A stretch of 64,000 nt of DNA from the NCBI GenBank assembly GCA_964016885.1, contig CAXHJY010000275.1, positions 263,429 through 327,428 of the forward strand, written 5' to 3'. Within the stretch, counting starts at the first letter, position 1. Each line of letters opens with the position of its first letter. The notes below the pieces were generated by a model that saw only the letters and a list, made by a program, of their open reading frames with translations, ran no database searches and was not told the DNA's origin. This document shows positions 50,943-64,000 of the stretch, one piece after another. The translations under genes were made by a program, and so were the position numbers. This DNA is from Eledone cirrhosa. Lineage: Eukaryota.

Positions 50943-52016
50943 AATTGGAATGAGAGAAATAATCAACGAGAATTCTTCTTCTTTGCGCACATATTCCTGG
51001 GAGGGTCATTGGAGCAGAGTCCTGAAGTACTCCTGCCAGTGGGTCCTGTCAGAAACAACCATCTCCAATTGATCTGGCTGGATCCCCAAGCAAGACCAGC
51101 TGAGACCTTGGATGTTATCCAACCATCTTGCTCTAGGTCTCCTGCCGGTTGGTTTTGCCCGTAAAATCTGTTCCAATGTTGCAAAAACTTCTGATGGGTT
51201 TGCGGCCTGTCCTGGGAGGTGTAGGATGGAAGCACAAAGGATACGTATCCTGAGACCCCACAGAGAGTCCAGAAGGGAGCAAATCTAAACAAAAATATCT
51301 GCTAAAAATTACTAATAACAATTGCATGATATTTTTTAATTTGCCAATATAAGAAATTTGTATGGCATAAAATATATAAACTACAGAGACATGTGAAGGT
51401 ATTTTAGTTCATGTAGGGCAACTATATATATAAACTACAGACATGTGAGGACATGTGACTTCATGTAGGGCAACTATATATATAAACTATACAGACATGT
51501 GGGAAGTCATGTCACTATGGTAACTAGATGTATAAACCAATAATAAACTATACAGACATGTGGGAAGTCATGTCACTTTATGGTTGGGGTGTTTTGCTTA
51601 CGATTATAAGATTGTAAGTTCAATTCCCAGTGGCACACTGTATTCTTCAGCAAGACACTTTATTTCACATTGCTCCAGTCCATTTAGCTGGCAAAGAGCC
51701 TGCCTTGTTACACATTGTGTCTTTGGAATGCTCAGCCACTTGCATGAGCAGGCTGTTCAGTTGTTTGAACAACTGGAACACTTGTCATGGCAATTGATGG
51801 AGGTCCTACACACACTTAGAGACACGTACAAACATAAGGTATCTTGTGATCATATTTATTGTTTGAATTAAGAAGGCACAACAGTTTAGCTGTCATAAGA
51901 TATTCAGAACTTACGGGGTTAATATGAAAATTGAAAATTAATCGATAATGGCTGGGATGATGATGGTTGTGGCAATAAAATTTCCCTTTTTTCTTTTCCT
52001 TTTTTTTTTTTTTCAG

Positions 52017-52829
52017 GTGAAAGAAGGCAACAAAAAACGGAAGAAAAAGAAAAATAAATCAGTTGATTTAAAAATGTGTAAAGAAAGTCTTCCTAAAGAA
52101 AAGAGTGTTTCAATAACTCAGCTGAATAGTGCTGGACTATTATTCATGGGGAAGCCAGTGGAAGCCAGCAGTTATCCTGCCAGGGAAGTTACACATTACA
52201 AACAAATTAAGGAACATTTGGAAGGGGTAACGGGAACTTCGGTTAGCAGTGTGTATAGTAGTAGTAGTAGTAACAATAGTAGTAATTATGGTACTGGTGT
52301 GTTTAGTGCTGCAAGAGGAAAGGAGTGCTGTCATGATACAAATATCCGAGTTTCCTGCAGTAAGAGTGATCCAGACTTGTATACAGCGGAAAACCCTGCC
52401 TGTACAGCAGTGCATTCAACTCATCTTTCAAATCATTCTACACCTCTTCCATCCATGTTACCATCTTCTTCTTTACTATCTCCTACTCCAAAAGCTCCAC
52501 TTATGTGTTCTATTCCAAAGTCTTTCTCTTCCTCTCTGCCAGCTTCAATGCCAGCAACATCACCAGTAGAACAATGTCAAATCTTCAACAACAAAAACAG
52601 TTTTCTGAGAACAAACCTGATAAGTTACCCCCTCAAGCAGTCTTCCAACCTTTCAGATGCTATGGTTGCTGGCAGTTCTGGGCTAGTTAAAACAGTAACG
52701 GGAGCAAATTCTGCTGCATTCCGAAATAAATACAAATCTTTAGATGTTGGCCAAAAACATTCTTCAGAAAGAAAGGCTGTTAATCGCTGTCGAACTCAGG
52801 TTCCCTGTGATGGCTTCAGAAAATTCTGA
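52017..52829 (+). CDS. SUCO: SUCO terminal coding exon (VKEGNKKRKKKKNK...CDGFRKF*)
   Basis: Long polyT+CAG acceptor; ORF 51948..52829; Lys-rich start; TGA stop. Confidence 0.85.
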   Translation: MKEGNKKRKKKKNKSVDLKMCKESLPKEKSVSITQLNSAGLLFMGKPVEASSYPAREVTHYKQIKEHLEGVTGTSVSSVYSSSSSNNSSNYGTGVFSAARGKECCHDTNIRVSCSKSDPDLYTAENPACTAVHSTHLSNHSTPLPSMLPSSSLLSPTPKAPLMCSIPKSFSSSLPASMPATSPVEQCQIFNNKNSFLRTNLISYPLKQSSNLSDAMVAGSSGLVKTVTGANSAAFRNKYKSLDVGQKHSSERKAVNRCRTQVPCDGFRKF

Positions 52830-53224
52830 AGTGTGACTCTGTTCCCAGACTCCCATGGGGTTTACTATTTCTACTAATCATTATTTTAATTATTATTCTC
52901 AATACATAAACATTAAAATTTGCTCTCTGCTGTTTCAGTTTTGTTTTTTGGGGTTTTTTTTTCCTTTTGTTTTTTAACCTTTTTCCTTCTTTTAAGATTA
53001 AATTGAATAAATTATTTTTTTTGAAATTCAGAGTGAACATTAAAAAATGTTCACCTTTTTACAAATCAGTTGAAGAATTTCTTGCCTGAATTTATAAGAC
53101 CCAACTTCATGCTTTGTTTCAGTCTCCCCTCTTAAATTCTCTAATACACGCACACATACATTTTCACTCCCATTTCACAGTTCGTATGACAAGGGTAGAA
53201 GGGATGTTGAACATTATATATATA

Positions 53225-54653
53225 CAGTAGCGATCAAAATAAGAGAACGATAAATTAACTTTTCATTATTTTTCTTTTTTGACAAAATTTTTCCTTTAAA
53301 ATTTGAAATAATATTTGTAGTATATATATATCTGTCTTATGCTAAAATATTTTCTAAATAATTAAGGATATAAAGAAGATATTAATGATATACCTTTAAT
53401 TTAATGCAGTGATCAAAATAAGAGAACTTTCTAGTAATTTTTTATATTTTAGAGTAATAACGGATTTTCTAGAAATATCTGGCAACAGGGTCACGTTACC
53501 AGTATGTTCCATTTTCCTATCAACTCTCGCAAGATATCGACCCATTCCAAGGTAACTGAAGCTCTCCGACGTAAAGTCATACAGATGAAGACTGATGGAC
53601 TCTCTCTCAAACATTGGAAGGGAAGTTAGCCATTCTAAAAGTGTAATAGTGAGGATATTGAAATTGCATAATAAAACCAACTCATTCACATCTACAAAGA
53701 AGGCCGGCCATGTAAAACAAGTCCACAAGTGGACCGCTTGATCCACAGAATGTCTATGGGGAACTGCTTCGATACCGCAGCTGGAATATCTCAACAAATC
53801 AGCGCTAATTTGGGCAAAGAAGTGTCTCGGTCTACAGTGTCTCATCATCGGGTAGAAGTTGGATTGAAAACTCACTCCCCAGTGATCAAACCTCTTATCA
53901 GCAATAAAAATAAAATTGCTAGACTTGCTTTGGCTGAGAAGCATATTGTGTGGAGTGAAAGAAATTGGTCCAACGTTCATTTTAGCAAGTTTAATTTGGT
54001 TGGTTCAGATGGTAACCAATATGTAAGATGTAAAACATGGAAAATATTTCTTTTTAAGTGTAGAAACCCTTGCTTTGGATGACTTTGGCACATCTGTATT
54101 TAGAGGCGGCAGTGTCATGGTTTGGGGAATGTTCTCAGCAGCCAGAGTGGGGCCTCTCCTATACATAAATGGTACTGTTACTGCTAATGTGTACCAGAAC
54201 CTCCTTCAACAACATGCCATTCCTTCTTGACTGGCTTCTCCCAATCAACCAGCCATTTTTATGCAAGATAATGCTCTGTGCCACACTGCAAAATGAGTGA
54301 AAAAATTTCTCGAAGATGAATAGTTTTGAAATGACCAACCCAGAGTCCCGACTTAAATCTAATCGAGAATCTTTGGAAGACTATTGGGGGCAACATCAGG
54401 AAAAAAAAAAAATAGCTACAACCATTGAATTATAGAAGAAACTGGAGGAAGAGTGGAATAATATCAATCCAAAACTGTAATACGATGGTGGCTTCATGTG
54501 AATGTAGATGTGTTGACGTCATCCAAAGTAAGGACACTTCCTATTAATGTTTGAGAGTGTAGATGTGTTGACGTCATCCAAAGCAAGGACACTTTCTATT
54601 AATGTTTGAGAGTGTAGATGTGTTGACATCATCCAAAGCAAGGATCGCTACTG
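53225..54653 (+). mobile_element. Tc1/mariner DNA transposon with disrupted transposase
   Basis: TA-CAGTAGCGATC ... GATCGCTACTG-TA; GGSVMVWGMFS, FMQDNA, SPDLNLIENLW motifs with stops; internal direct repeat GATCAAAATAAGAGAAC. Confidence 0.92.
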
Positions 54654-54904
54654 TATATATATTATTATAAACAGTTTCTCATGTTTATGCATTACAAGTG
54701 GTTTCATGGACATAAATACGTCTAACTCTTTCAGATGCTAATAAATAGGTAACAAGAAAATGGCAATGTCCATATCGATGTGTTTATGTGTCAGTGGTAA
54801 TGCATGAACATAAATATCCTCAATTTTCACATTGTGTTGATGGTTCTTTTATATATATATATATCAATGATATTAATAAATGGAAACTATCTTTATAAAA
54901 ACAT

Positions 54905-54970
54905 ATTTATTTTATTATATATATTTTAAGGGTACCAAAATTTTTGGTACGCTTTCATCAGATAAAATAC
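54905..54970 (-). ncRNA. Type I hammerhead-like motif (G12A variant)
   Basis: Minus strand TTTTAT-CTGATGA-AAGCGTACCAAAA..TTTTGGTACCCTT-AAAA-TATATA-TA-ATAAAA. Confidence 0.55.
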
Positions 54971-55074
54971 AAAATTTATTTTATAGATAGTGGCATATCC
55001 AAAAACAAGAACTTATCGTTTTAGGTTCTGTTTGAATAAATTAAATTACTCTTTGCTTATATATATAGTATATA

Positions 55075-55632
55075 TCATCATCACCGTTTTACATCCATTC
55101 TTCCACGCTAGCATGGGTTAGACGAGTTGTCCTGTTGTGGGCAGTGTCCAGTCGGTTGACGATATCTTGCTCATACGGGAACTAATTCTGGCTTGATTTC
55201 TACAGTTGGATGCCCTTCCTAACACCAACCTCATTTACAGTGAGTGCTGGATGCTTTTTTTCCGTGGCGCCTACACGTCCACTTTACAGTGTGGGCTGGG
55301 TGCTTTTTTGCTGTGGCACCTCCACGACCATTTTGCAGTGGGAAGGGGTTGGGGCATATTATCTATATGCTTCAGGTTCGGCTTGTACCCGTGGGGGTCA
55401 GGTCTTCTGTATTACTGCGTGAGGCCAGAGGTCACGATCGTGTGTCATCACCTTTGAGAGGTGTATTTGGGTAAGATTAGCTTTTATCACCTCATCCCAG
55501 TTTTTCTTGGGTCTCCCCACTCCGCGACTTCCATCGACTTCTAGTGCTCTGCTGTCATCCTTCATCACATGTCCATACCAATGCAACCTCCTCTCCTGCA
55601 CACAGCATTTGATTCCTCTTATGCTCAGTCTC
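55075..55632 (-). mobile_element. RTE family A 3' fragment
   Basis: RLSIRGIKCCVQERRLHWYGHVM..GRPKKNW, 3' UTR and tail. Confidence 0.9.
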
Positions 55633-55745
55633 GAAGGAGTTGTGGTAAGGAACCAGATGGACCATAACGCACCAGAGTACTCAATACTTAGAGTAGTAGA
55701 GTGGGTAATATATATATATATACATATATAAATATACATATATAA

Positions 55746-55788
<43 letters not shown>

Positions 55789-55930
55789 TATTAATGCATT
55801 TGAATGCATTTTCTCTTTTCATGATATTTTCTATATTTGGATTACATTGAGTTCTTCATACGGATTGGACACTACCATTTATTTTGGTAGATTTATCTAC
55901 ATATATATACATACATATATATATATATAC

Positions 55931-55962
<32 letters not shown>

Positions 55963-56159
55963 TTGGGGAGGGTCATATTTGCGTAATATTGCCAGAATTA
56001 ATAACAGAACACACTCACTGTTTGGTTGGTTTTCGCTTCTCGCTGTCTTTTATATATATATATCTGCGATCTAACTTACTCGGTCCTCAATGTTGCCATT
56101 GACTGACCGGCGGTCAAAAATAATACAGATACAATATAGACAAACACATATATATATAG

Positions 56160-57222
56160 TTTACATAATTTACATAAATCTTTCATTGCACATCTGCAAC
56201 ATCGTCAGTGTTGTTATATTCATTGTTCCTCCTGTTGTGTTGTATGTCTACGCCATTTTTTTTTTTGTGTTCAGTCTGTCTATATATTTATTTATTTATT
56301 TGCTTGTTTGTTTATCTTATTTTATTTTGTCTTCTTTGCGCATGCGTTTGCGTGTGTGTATAGTGTTATGTGTGATGTGTGACTAGTGTGTATAGTGTTG
56401 TGTCTGCTGGGTGACTAGTGTGTGTTTATGTGCTTGTGTATGTATTTATTTATCTTATTTTATTTAATTTAATTTACTTATTTATTTATACTTCTCTTAG
56501 GTCAGTGTTGTTTGTTTGGGTGTTGTTGTTGTTCCACTCATTCTTTCTGTTTAGCTTTGGTCTTCTAATTTCTATTTCACTGGCCTCTCTGATTTGCCTA
56601 TCTGCTGGGTCATTCCTATGTTTAGATATTATTCTAATTTCTATGTTGTCTATGTTACCGTCATGTTGTTGTCTAGCATGTTCGTATAGTACTGACCCGT
56701 TTTTTCGTCCTTTTAGTTCCCCCCAGTGTTGGTCTATCCTTTCACCTATGCTACGAGCTGTCTCACCTATGTATGTTGTTGTCGTGTTTCTGCAAGTACC
56801 CTCTGTACATCTTATGCTATAGACTACGTTTCTAGTTTTACAGTTTATCCGGGGGTTCACCTTACATATGATACATTTCCTATTGGTACAGTGGGTTTTC
56901 TTAAAAGGGTAAGTTTTGCTGATCAGGGATTTTATGGTGGTTCCTGGCTTTTCTACCACCTTTATTTTTAAGTGGGTCTTTCTCAGGGCCTTTCTACACT
57001 GGTTAGCTAATTTCCCTCCAGGGGTGGCGTCCACAAACATGACACTCTGATATCTCTGGTTGTCGTACCATGATGTGGCCTTCCCTATCTTATGTCTAGC
57101 CCTATCTAAGCTATTCCATGATTTGCTCCTGTATAGTGGGCAAATTCCTTTCATGTCCAGTTCTATGAGGGTCTTATACTTTTCCATGGCTCCTTCGTAT
57201 ACTCTGACTCTGTCTCTTTGGT
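56160..57222 (-). mobile_element. Second, divergent Penelope-like element: 3' fragment (thumb + GIY-YIG) with 3' UTR
   Basis: ORF 56486..57259: PLYR..W, MFVDATPGG, CTNRKCIIC, NVVYSIRC..YIGETARS..ER..QH, REASEI..PKLN. Confidence 0.88.
56163..56219 (-). ncRNA. Type I hammerhead ribozyme in the PLE 3' UTR/pLTR, intact core
   Basis: Minus strand ATATAA..ACA-CTGACGA-T-GTTGCA-GATG-TGCAAT-GAAA-GATT-TA-TGT..TTATGT; same strand and ~270 nt downstream of the PLE ORF. Confidence 0.72.
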
Positions 57223-57335
57223 TATATATATGTATATATATATGTATATATATGTACATTTATATATTTATATCTAGATATTGCTATTATCATTTACAGT
57301 CCCTCTGTGTTTAATGTATGTTCATTAGTATGTGT

Positions 57336-57642
57336 TGTTATTTCTGCTTGCATTTTGCATATATACATATATATATCTATATATATGCTTGCGTGGACCC
57401 CTCTCAAAAATTCGTTGGATTTTCTAATTGGATACCCCAACACTGGATACCAACACTGAATACACCTGAACTTCTACCAGGAAATCTTTCGTTGTCATTT
57501 CTGCTTGCATTTTACATATATAGATATATATATCAATGGTTGCGTGGACCCCTCTTAAAGATTCGTTGGATTTTCTAATTGGATACCCCGAAACTGGATA
57601 CCAATCACTGAATACACCTGAACTTCTACCAGGAAATCTTTC
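57336..57642. repeat. Two-copy ~152-bp tandem duplication
   Basis: TTGCGTGGACCCCTCT...CACCTGAACTTCTACCAGGAAATCTTTC repeated twice. Confidence 0.9.
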
Positions 57643-58528
57643 ATATCAGTGAAAATTTTCTTTTCTTTGCTTCATATATATATATTATATATACTTGGCC
57701 GCCATTGCAAAAAGCCATAAATTCAAAATTTTGAAGAGAGAGGAAAAGAGAGAAGTGATCTATGAACTTGTAACATCTCACTGACCCCCCCCCCCCCCCC
57801 CCGTCACCACAATAACAATAACGCCTACACTCGCTCCCCACCATCACCACATTACTCTAAGGTCGCTGTCCTGTCCCCTGTTGACATACTGCTGACTCTC
57901 TTTTGATGTATGTATGTGTATATACATATGTGTATGTGTGTGTATATGTATATCTCAGTGGATGCGACCAGATTTCAACACAGCAACAACTACAACAACA
58001 ACAGCAGCAACACCAACAACAACAACAACAACAACAGCAACAACACCATCGTCTGTGTTGAATGTGTGTGTATGTATTTGTATATATGCGACAGCAATAA
58101 CAGCATCAACACCATTGTCTGCAGCAACAGCAGCAGTGAAATGAAGGACAACAACAACAGTAACAACTACAATAACAACTACAGCACCAACAACTGCCAC
58201 CACCATCACTGACCATCCACCACCACCACGCTGATACCATCCACCACCACCACACTGACACCATCCACCACCGCCATTACCAGCGTAAACAAACAATTAT
58301 TATTGTTATTGTTATTATATACAAGCCGAACTGGACTGGGAAAGGTCAACAGTTGACATGATAGTGATTTTGACGATTTTGACTTTGATTTTGTATCAGT
58401 ACTGTCGGTAATATATGTATATATATATATGTTTGTGAGTGGTGTGCGTGATTGTATGCATGAATGAGTGTTGGTATGTGTGGTTGTGGTTTGTATGCAT
58501 GAGTATTAGTGTGTGAGTCGTGTCAATA

Positions 58529-58559
<31 letters not shown>

Positions 58560-58565
<6 letters not shown>

Positions 58566-61500
58566 ACCATGCTGTAAAATGGAGGGGTAGAGAGGGCCCT
58601 TGAGTCTAGTAAGACATCCTCTCTAGTGCTGGTGGCACAAATAAAAGCACCCAGTCAATGCTGTAAAGTGGCGCTGGTGTTAGGAAGGGCATCCAACCAG
58701 TGTATCAATGCCAAAAAGCTTATCAGCACAGCAACAAAACAGCATAGAAAAATATGAAGACGTCGCATCTCAGAGTTGCAACACTTAATGTTGGCACTCT
58801 CAGAGGTAGATCTGCTGAAATAGCGGAGATGCTGGAGAGAAGGCAGGTGGATGTGTGCTGCGTGCAAGAGGTGAGATGGAGAGGTGCCTCTGCGAGACTA
58901 GTCGTAGGCAAGCGTCTTAGCTATAAGCTATTCTGGGTAGGTAAGGATGATGGGTTAGGGGGAGTAGGCATTTTCCTGGCTGAGAAATGGATCAATAAGA
59001 CAATAGAGGTAGTTCGAGTTAGTAATCGAATAATTAAGCTTAGATTAGTTGTAGGTAGGAGACTACTGACAATCATCTCGGTCTATGCTCCCCAAGCAGG
59101 CCTAGGCAAAGATGAGAAAGACTGCTTTTATGAGCAACTTTTGCAAACAACCACAATGACAGAGGACGGAGACATCGTTATGTTAGCAGGAGACTTCAAT
59201 GGTCATGTTGGACAGCTCCAGGATGGTTACACTGGGGTACATGGTGGACACGGTTACGGTTCAAGAAATGAAGAAGGAGTGAGACTTCTTGAATTTTGTG
59301 ATGCAAGTACATTGACTATTTGCAACACAAACTTCCAGAAACCTGCCAATCACCTAATAACCTACAAATCTGGTGAGCACATAAGCCAGATTGACTTCCT
59401 GCTAGTTAGGCAGCGGGACAGGCAGATAGTGTCTAATACCAAGGCATACCCTGGGGAAGAATGTACCCCACAGCATAGGTTAGTTGTTAGTGATATCTCA
59501 GTAAGCAAGAGATGGAATGAGACATATAGGAAGGTGTGGAGAAGAAAGGTCTGGAAGCTAAAAGACCTTTCACTAAAATTCAAATTTAGGAAAGCCCTTC
59601 AAGATGTATATGACGAAAAAGAAGACGATTTAGAGACGTATGACATAGATAATAACTGGAAGTTCTTACGTGACAACTTGCTGCAGGCTACTGATGAAAC
59701 CTGTGGCTGGAGCAGAGCTCCAACCAGACAGAGAGTGACCTGGTGGTGGAACAGCACAGTAGATAAGGCTATTAGAGACAAAAGACTAGCATGGAAGGCT
59801 TGGAAAAAGGGTGGGAGTAGGGAAGAATATACAGCCACTAAGAGAGAAGCTAGACGTCGGGTGTACTTAGCACGCAGGGAGGCAGAGAGTAGGAGGTTTG
59901 CCAATGTTCTGCGACGGGAAGATCAGAGGCGTGCGGTGTTCCACATTGCAAGGCAGTGTGTCAATGCAAATCAGGATGTTGTTGGTGATAAATGTGTCCG
60001 GATGAGGCCGGTGTCACGAATGACCAGAAAAAGGAGGCCTGGAAATGTCATTATGAGAGACTGATGAATGTGGAGAACGAATGGGAGAGAGAGAAATTAC
60101 CCTTGGTAGATCCGACAGAGGGACCAGCTATTGAGATTGACGAATATAGGGTCCAAGAGGCGATTAGGGAAATGAAAAATGGTAAGGCGGCCGGACCATC
60201 GGGAATAGTTGCTGAGATGCTGAAGGCATCAGGGGACGTAGGCACTAAACTGGTTGCACGCATCATCAATCAGGCTATATATGGTGGTGTCATACCCAAA
60301 GACTGATGCAGCAGTATTCTCATAAATTGCTACAAAGGTAAAGGGGATGCTTTGGAGAGGAGCAATTATAGGGGTATAAAACTGATAGATCAGGTTATGA
60401 AAGTGGCAGAAAGGATTTTAGCACAACTAATTAGAGAAAGGGTCAAACTAGATGAGATGCAGTTTGGTTTTGTGCCTGGGAAGAGTACAACAGATGCCCT
60501 CTTCTTGGTGAGACAAATGCAAGAGAGGTTCTTAGAGAAGAATAAGCCACTATACTTAGCCTTTGTTGACCTAGAGAAGGCCTTTGATAGGGTACCCCGA
60601 TCTGTCATCTGGTGGTCCCTAAGGAAGCTGGGTGTTGAGGAATGGCTTGTGAGGACAGTGCAAACTTTGTACAGAGGTACTCTCAGTAAAGTCAGGGTAG
60701 GAATGGAGTTTAGTGAGGAATTCCAGATACAAGTAGGAGTACATCAGGGTTCGGTCCTCAGCCCGCTCTTGTTCATTATAGTCCTCCAAGCCATAACAGA
60801 GGAGTTTAAGACTGGCTGTCCATGGGAACTTCTCTATGCTGACGATCTGGCTCTTATGGCAGAATCAGTAGAGGAGCTAGAGAATAAATTCCGGCTATGG
60901 AAACAGCAGTTGGAAGCAAGAGGACTGAGAGTAAATCTAGCTAAGACAAAAGTGTTGATGAGTAGAAAAGAGGACAAAACCCTGATTCCGTCAGGGAAAT
61001 GGCCATGTTCGATATGCAGAAAAGGAACTGGCATAAATTCTATAAAATGCACACAATGCAGGTCCTGGGTACACAAGAGATGTAGCGGGATAGCAGGCAA
61101 ACTAACAGGTATGGAGAAATATGTATGCAGTAGATGTACAGGGAAATTAGACAGTAGAAGTCAAATGCGAGAGGGCGCTATAGAAGTGGTGGGTAGCTTC
61201 CGGTACCTAGGAAATCAGATTAGCATGGGAGGAGGATTGTTCCGAGGCCATAGTATCTAGAATAAGGACGGGTTGGAAGAAGTTTAGGGAGCTGCTTCCT
61301 CTGTTGACGAAGAAGGGTTTCTCCCTGCGTACGAAAGGCCGGTTGTATGATGCCTGTGTGAGGAGCGCGATGCTGCATGGTAGTGAGACATGGGCAGCAA
61401 CCGCAGAGGATATGCGATGGCTGGAGAGAAATGAAGCAAGCATGCTCCGTTGGATGTGCGTGAACGACCCAGTATAAATGTGTTGCGAGAGAAACTGTGT

Positions 61501-61795
61501 CTGAGAGGGATAGAATGTAGTGTACGGGAGAGGAGACTGAGGTGGTATGGACATGTGATGCGCATGGAGGATGACCGATGGGTGAAGAAGTGCCAGGAAA
61601 TGCCAGTTGAAGGAAGACGTGGTAGAGGTAGACCACGAAAAACATGGGCGGAGGTGGTGAGAACAGACCTCAGATCATTGAAGCTCACGGTGGAGATGAC
61701 GAGGGACCGTGACGAGTGGAGAGATGCTGTGCTGAATAAAACCCGTCCCACCCTTGCAAGCAGGGAAAAGCGGACGTAAAATGATGATGATGATA
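58560..61795 (+). mobile_element. Full-length-like RTE LINE (family C) with few frameshifts/stops
   Basis: ORFs 58754..60064, 59992..60306, 60352..61260, 61450..61779 span APE to RT C-terminus; short 5' UTR; (GAT)n tail. Confidence 0.95.

Positions 61796-64000
<2,205 letters not shown>

Noticed and set aside
55790-55900. Further hammerhead candidate on the minus strand (ATGAAGA..GAAA)
   Set aside because: Core mutated and stem II not convincing
57900-58560. Asn/Thr-rich ORFs and a polyT tract as a gene or retrocopy
   Set aside because: Low-complexity (AAC)n/(ACC)n/(GT)n mosaic with no recognisable domain or TSD

Overview
This is AT-rich metazoan DNA; the repeat families suggest an octopus-like cephalopod (inference). 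It holds the last 8 coding exons of a + strand SUCO (SUN-domain ossification factor) gene at 16319-52829, with GT-AG introns whose phases join consistently. Upstream is a >16 kb 39-bp satellite with higher-order repeats. The introns and 3' flank are packed with RTE LINEs (3 related families plus Expander-like/RTE-X tails), a near full-length Tx1/L1-clade element, two Penelope-like elements, tRNA-derived SINEs, a Tc1/mariner transposon, MITEs and (TA)n microsatellites. Four observations stand out: (i) a 200-bp TTAA/piggyBac-type MITE inflated to 13.8 kb by an internal minisatellite and nested LINEs, with an empty copy nearby; (ii) a Tx1 element fused head-to-tail to a 5'-truncated RTE; (iii) several minimal type I hammerhead-ribozyme modules sitting in or next to (TA)n tracts; (iv) a covarying pseudoknot module found in the 5' UTR of one RTE family but in the 3' UTR of others and in SINEs.
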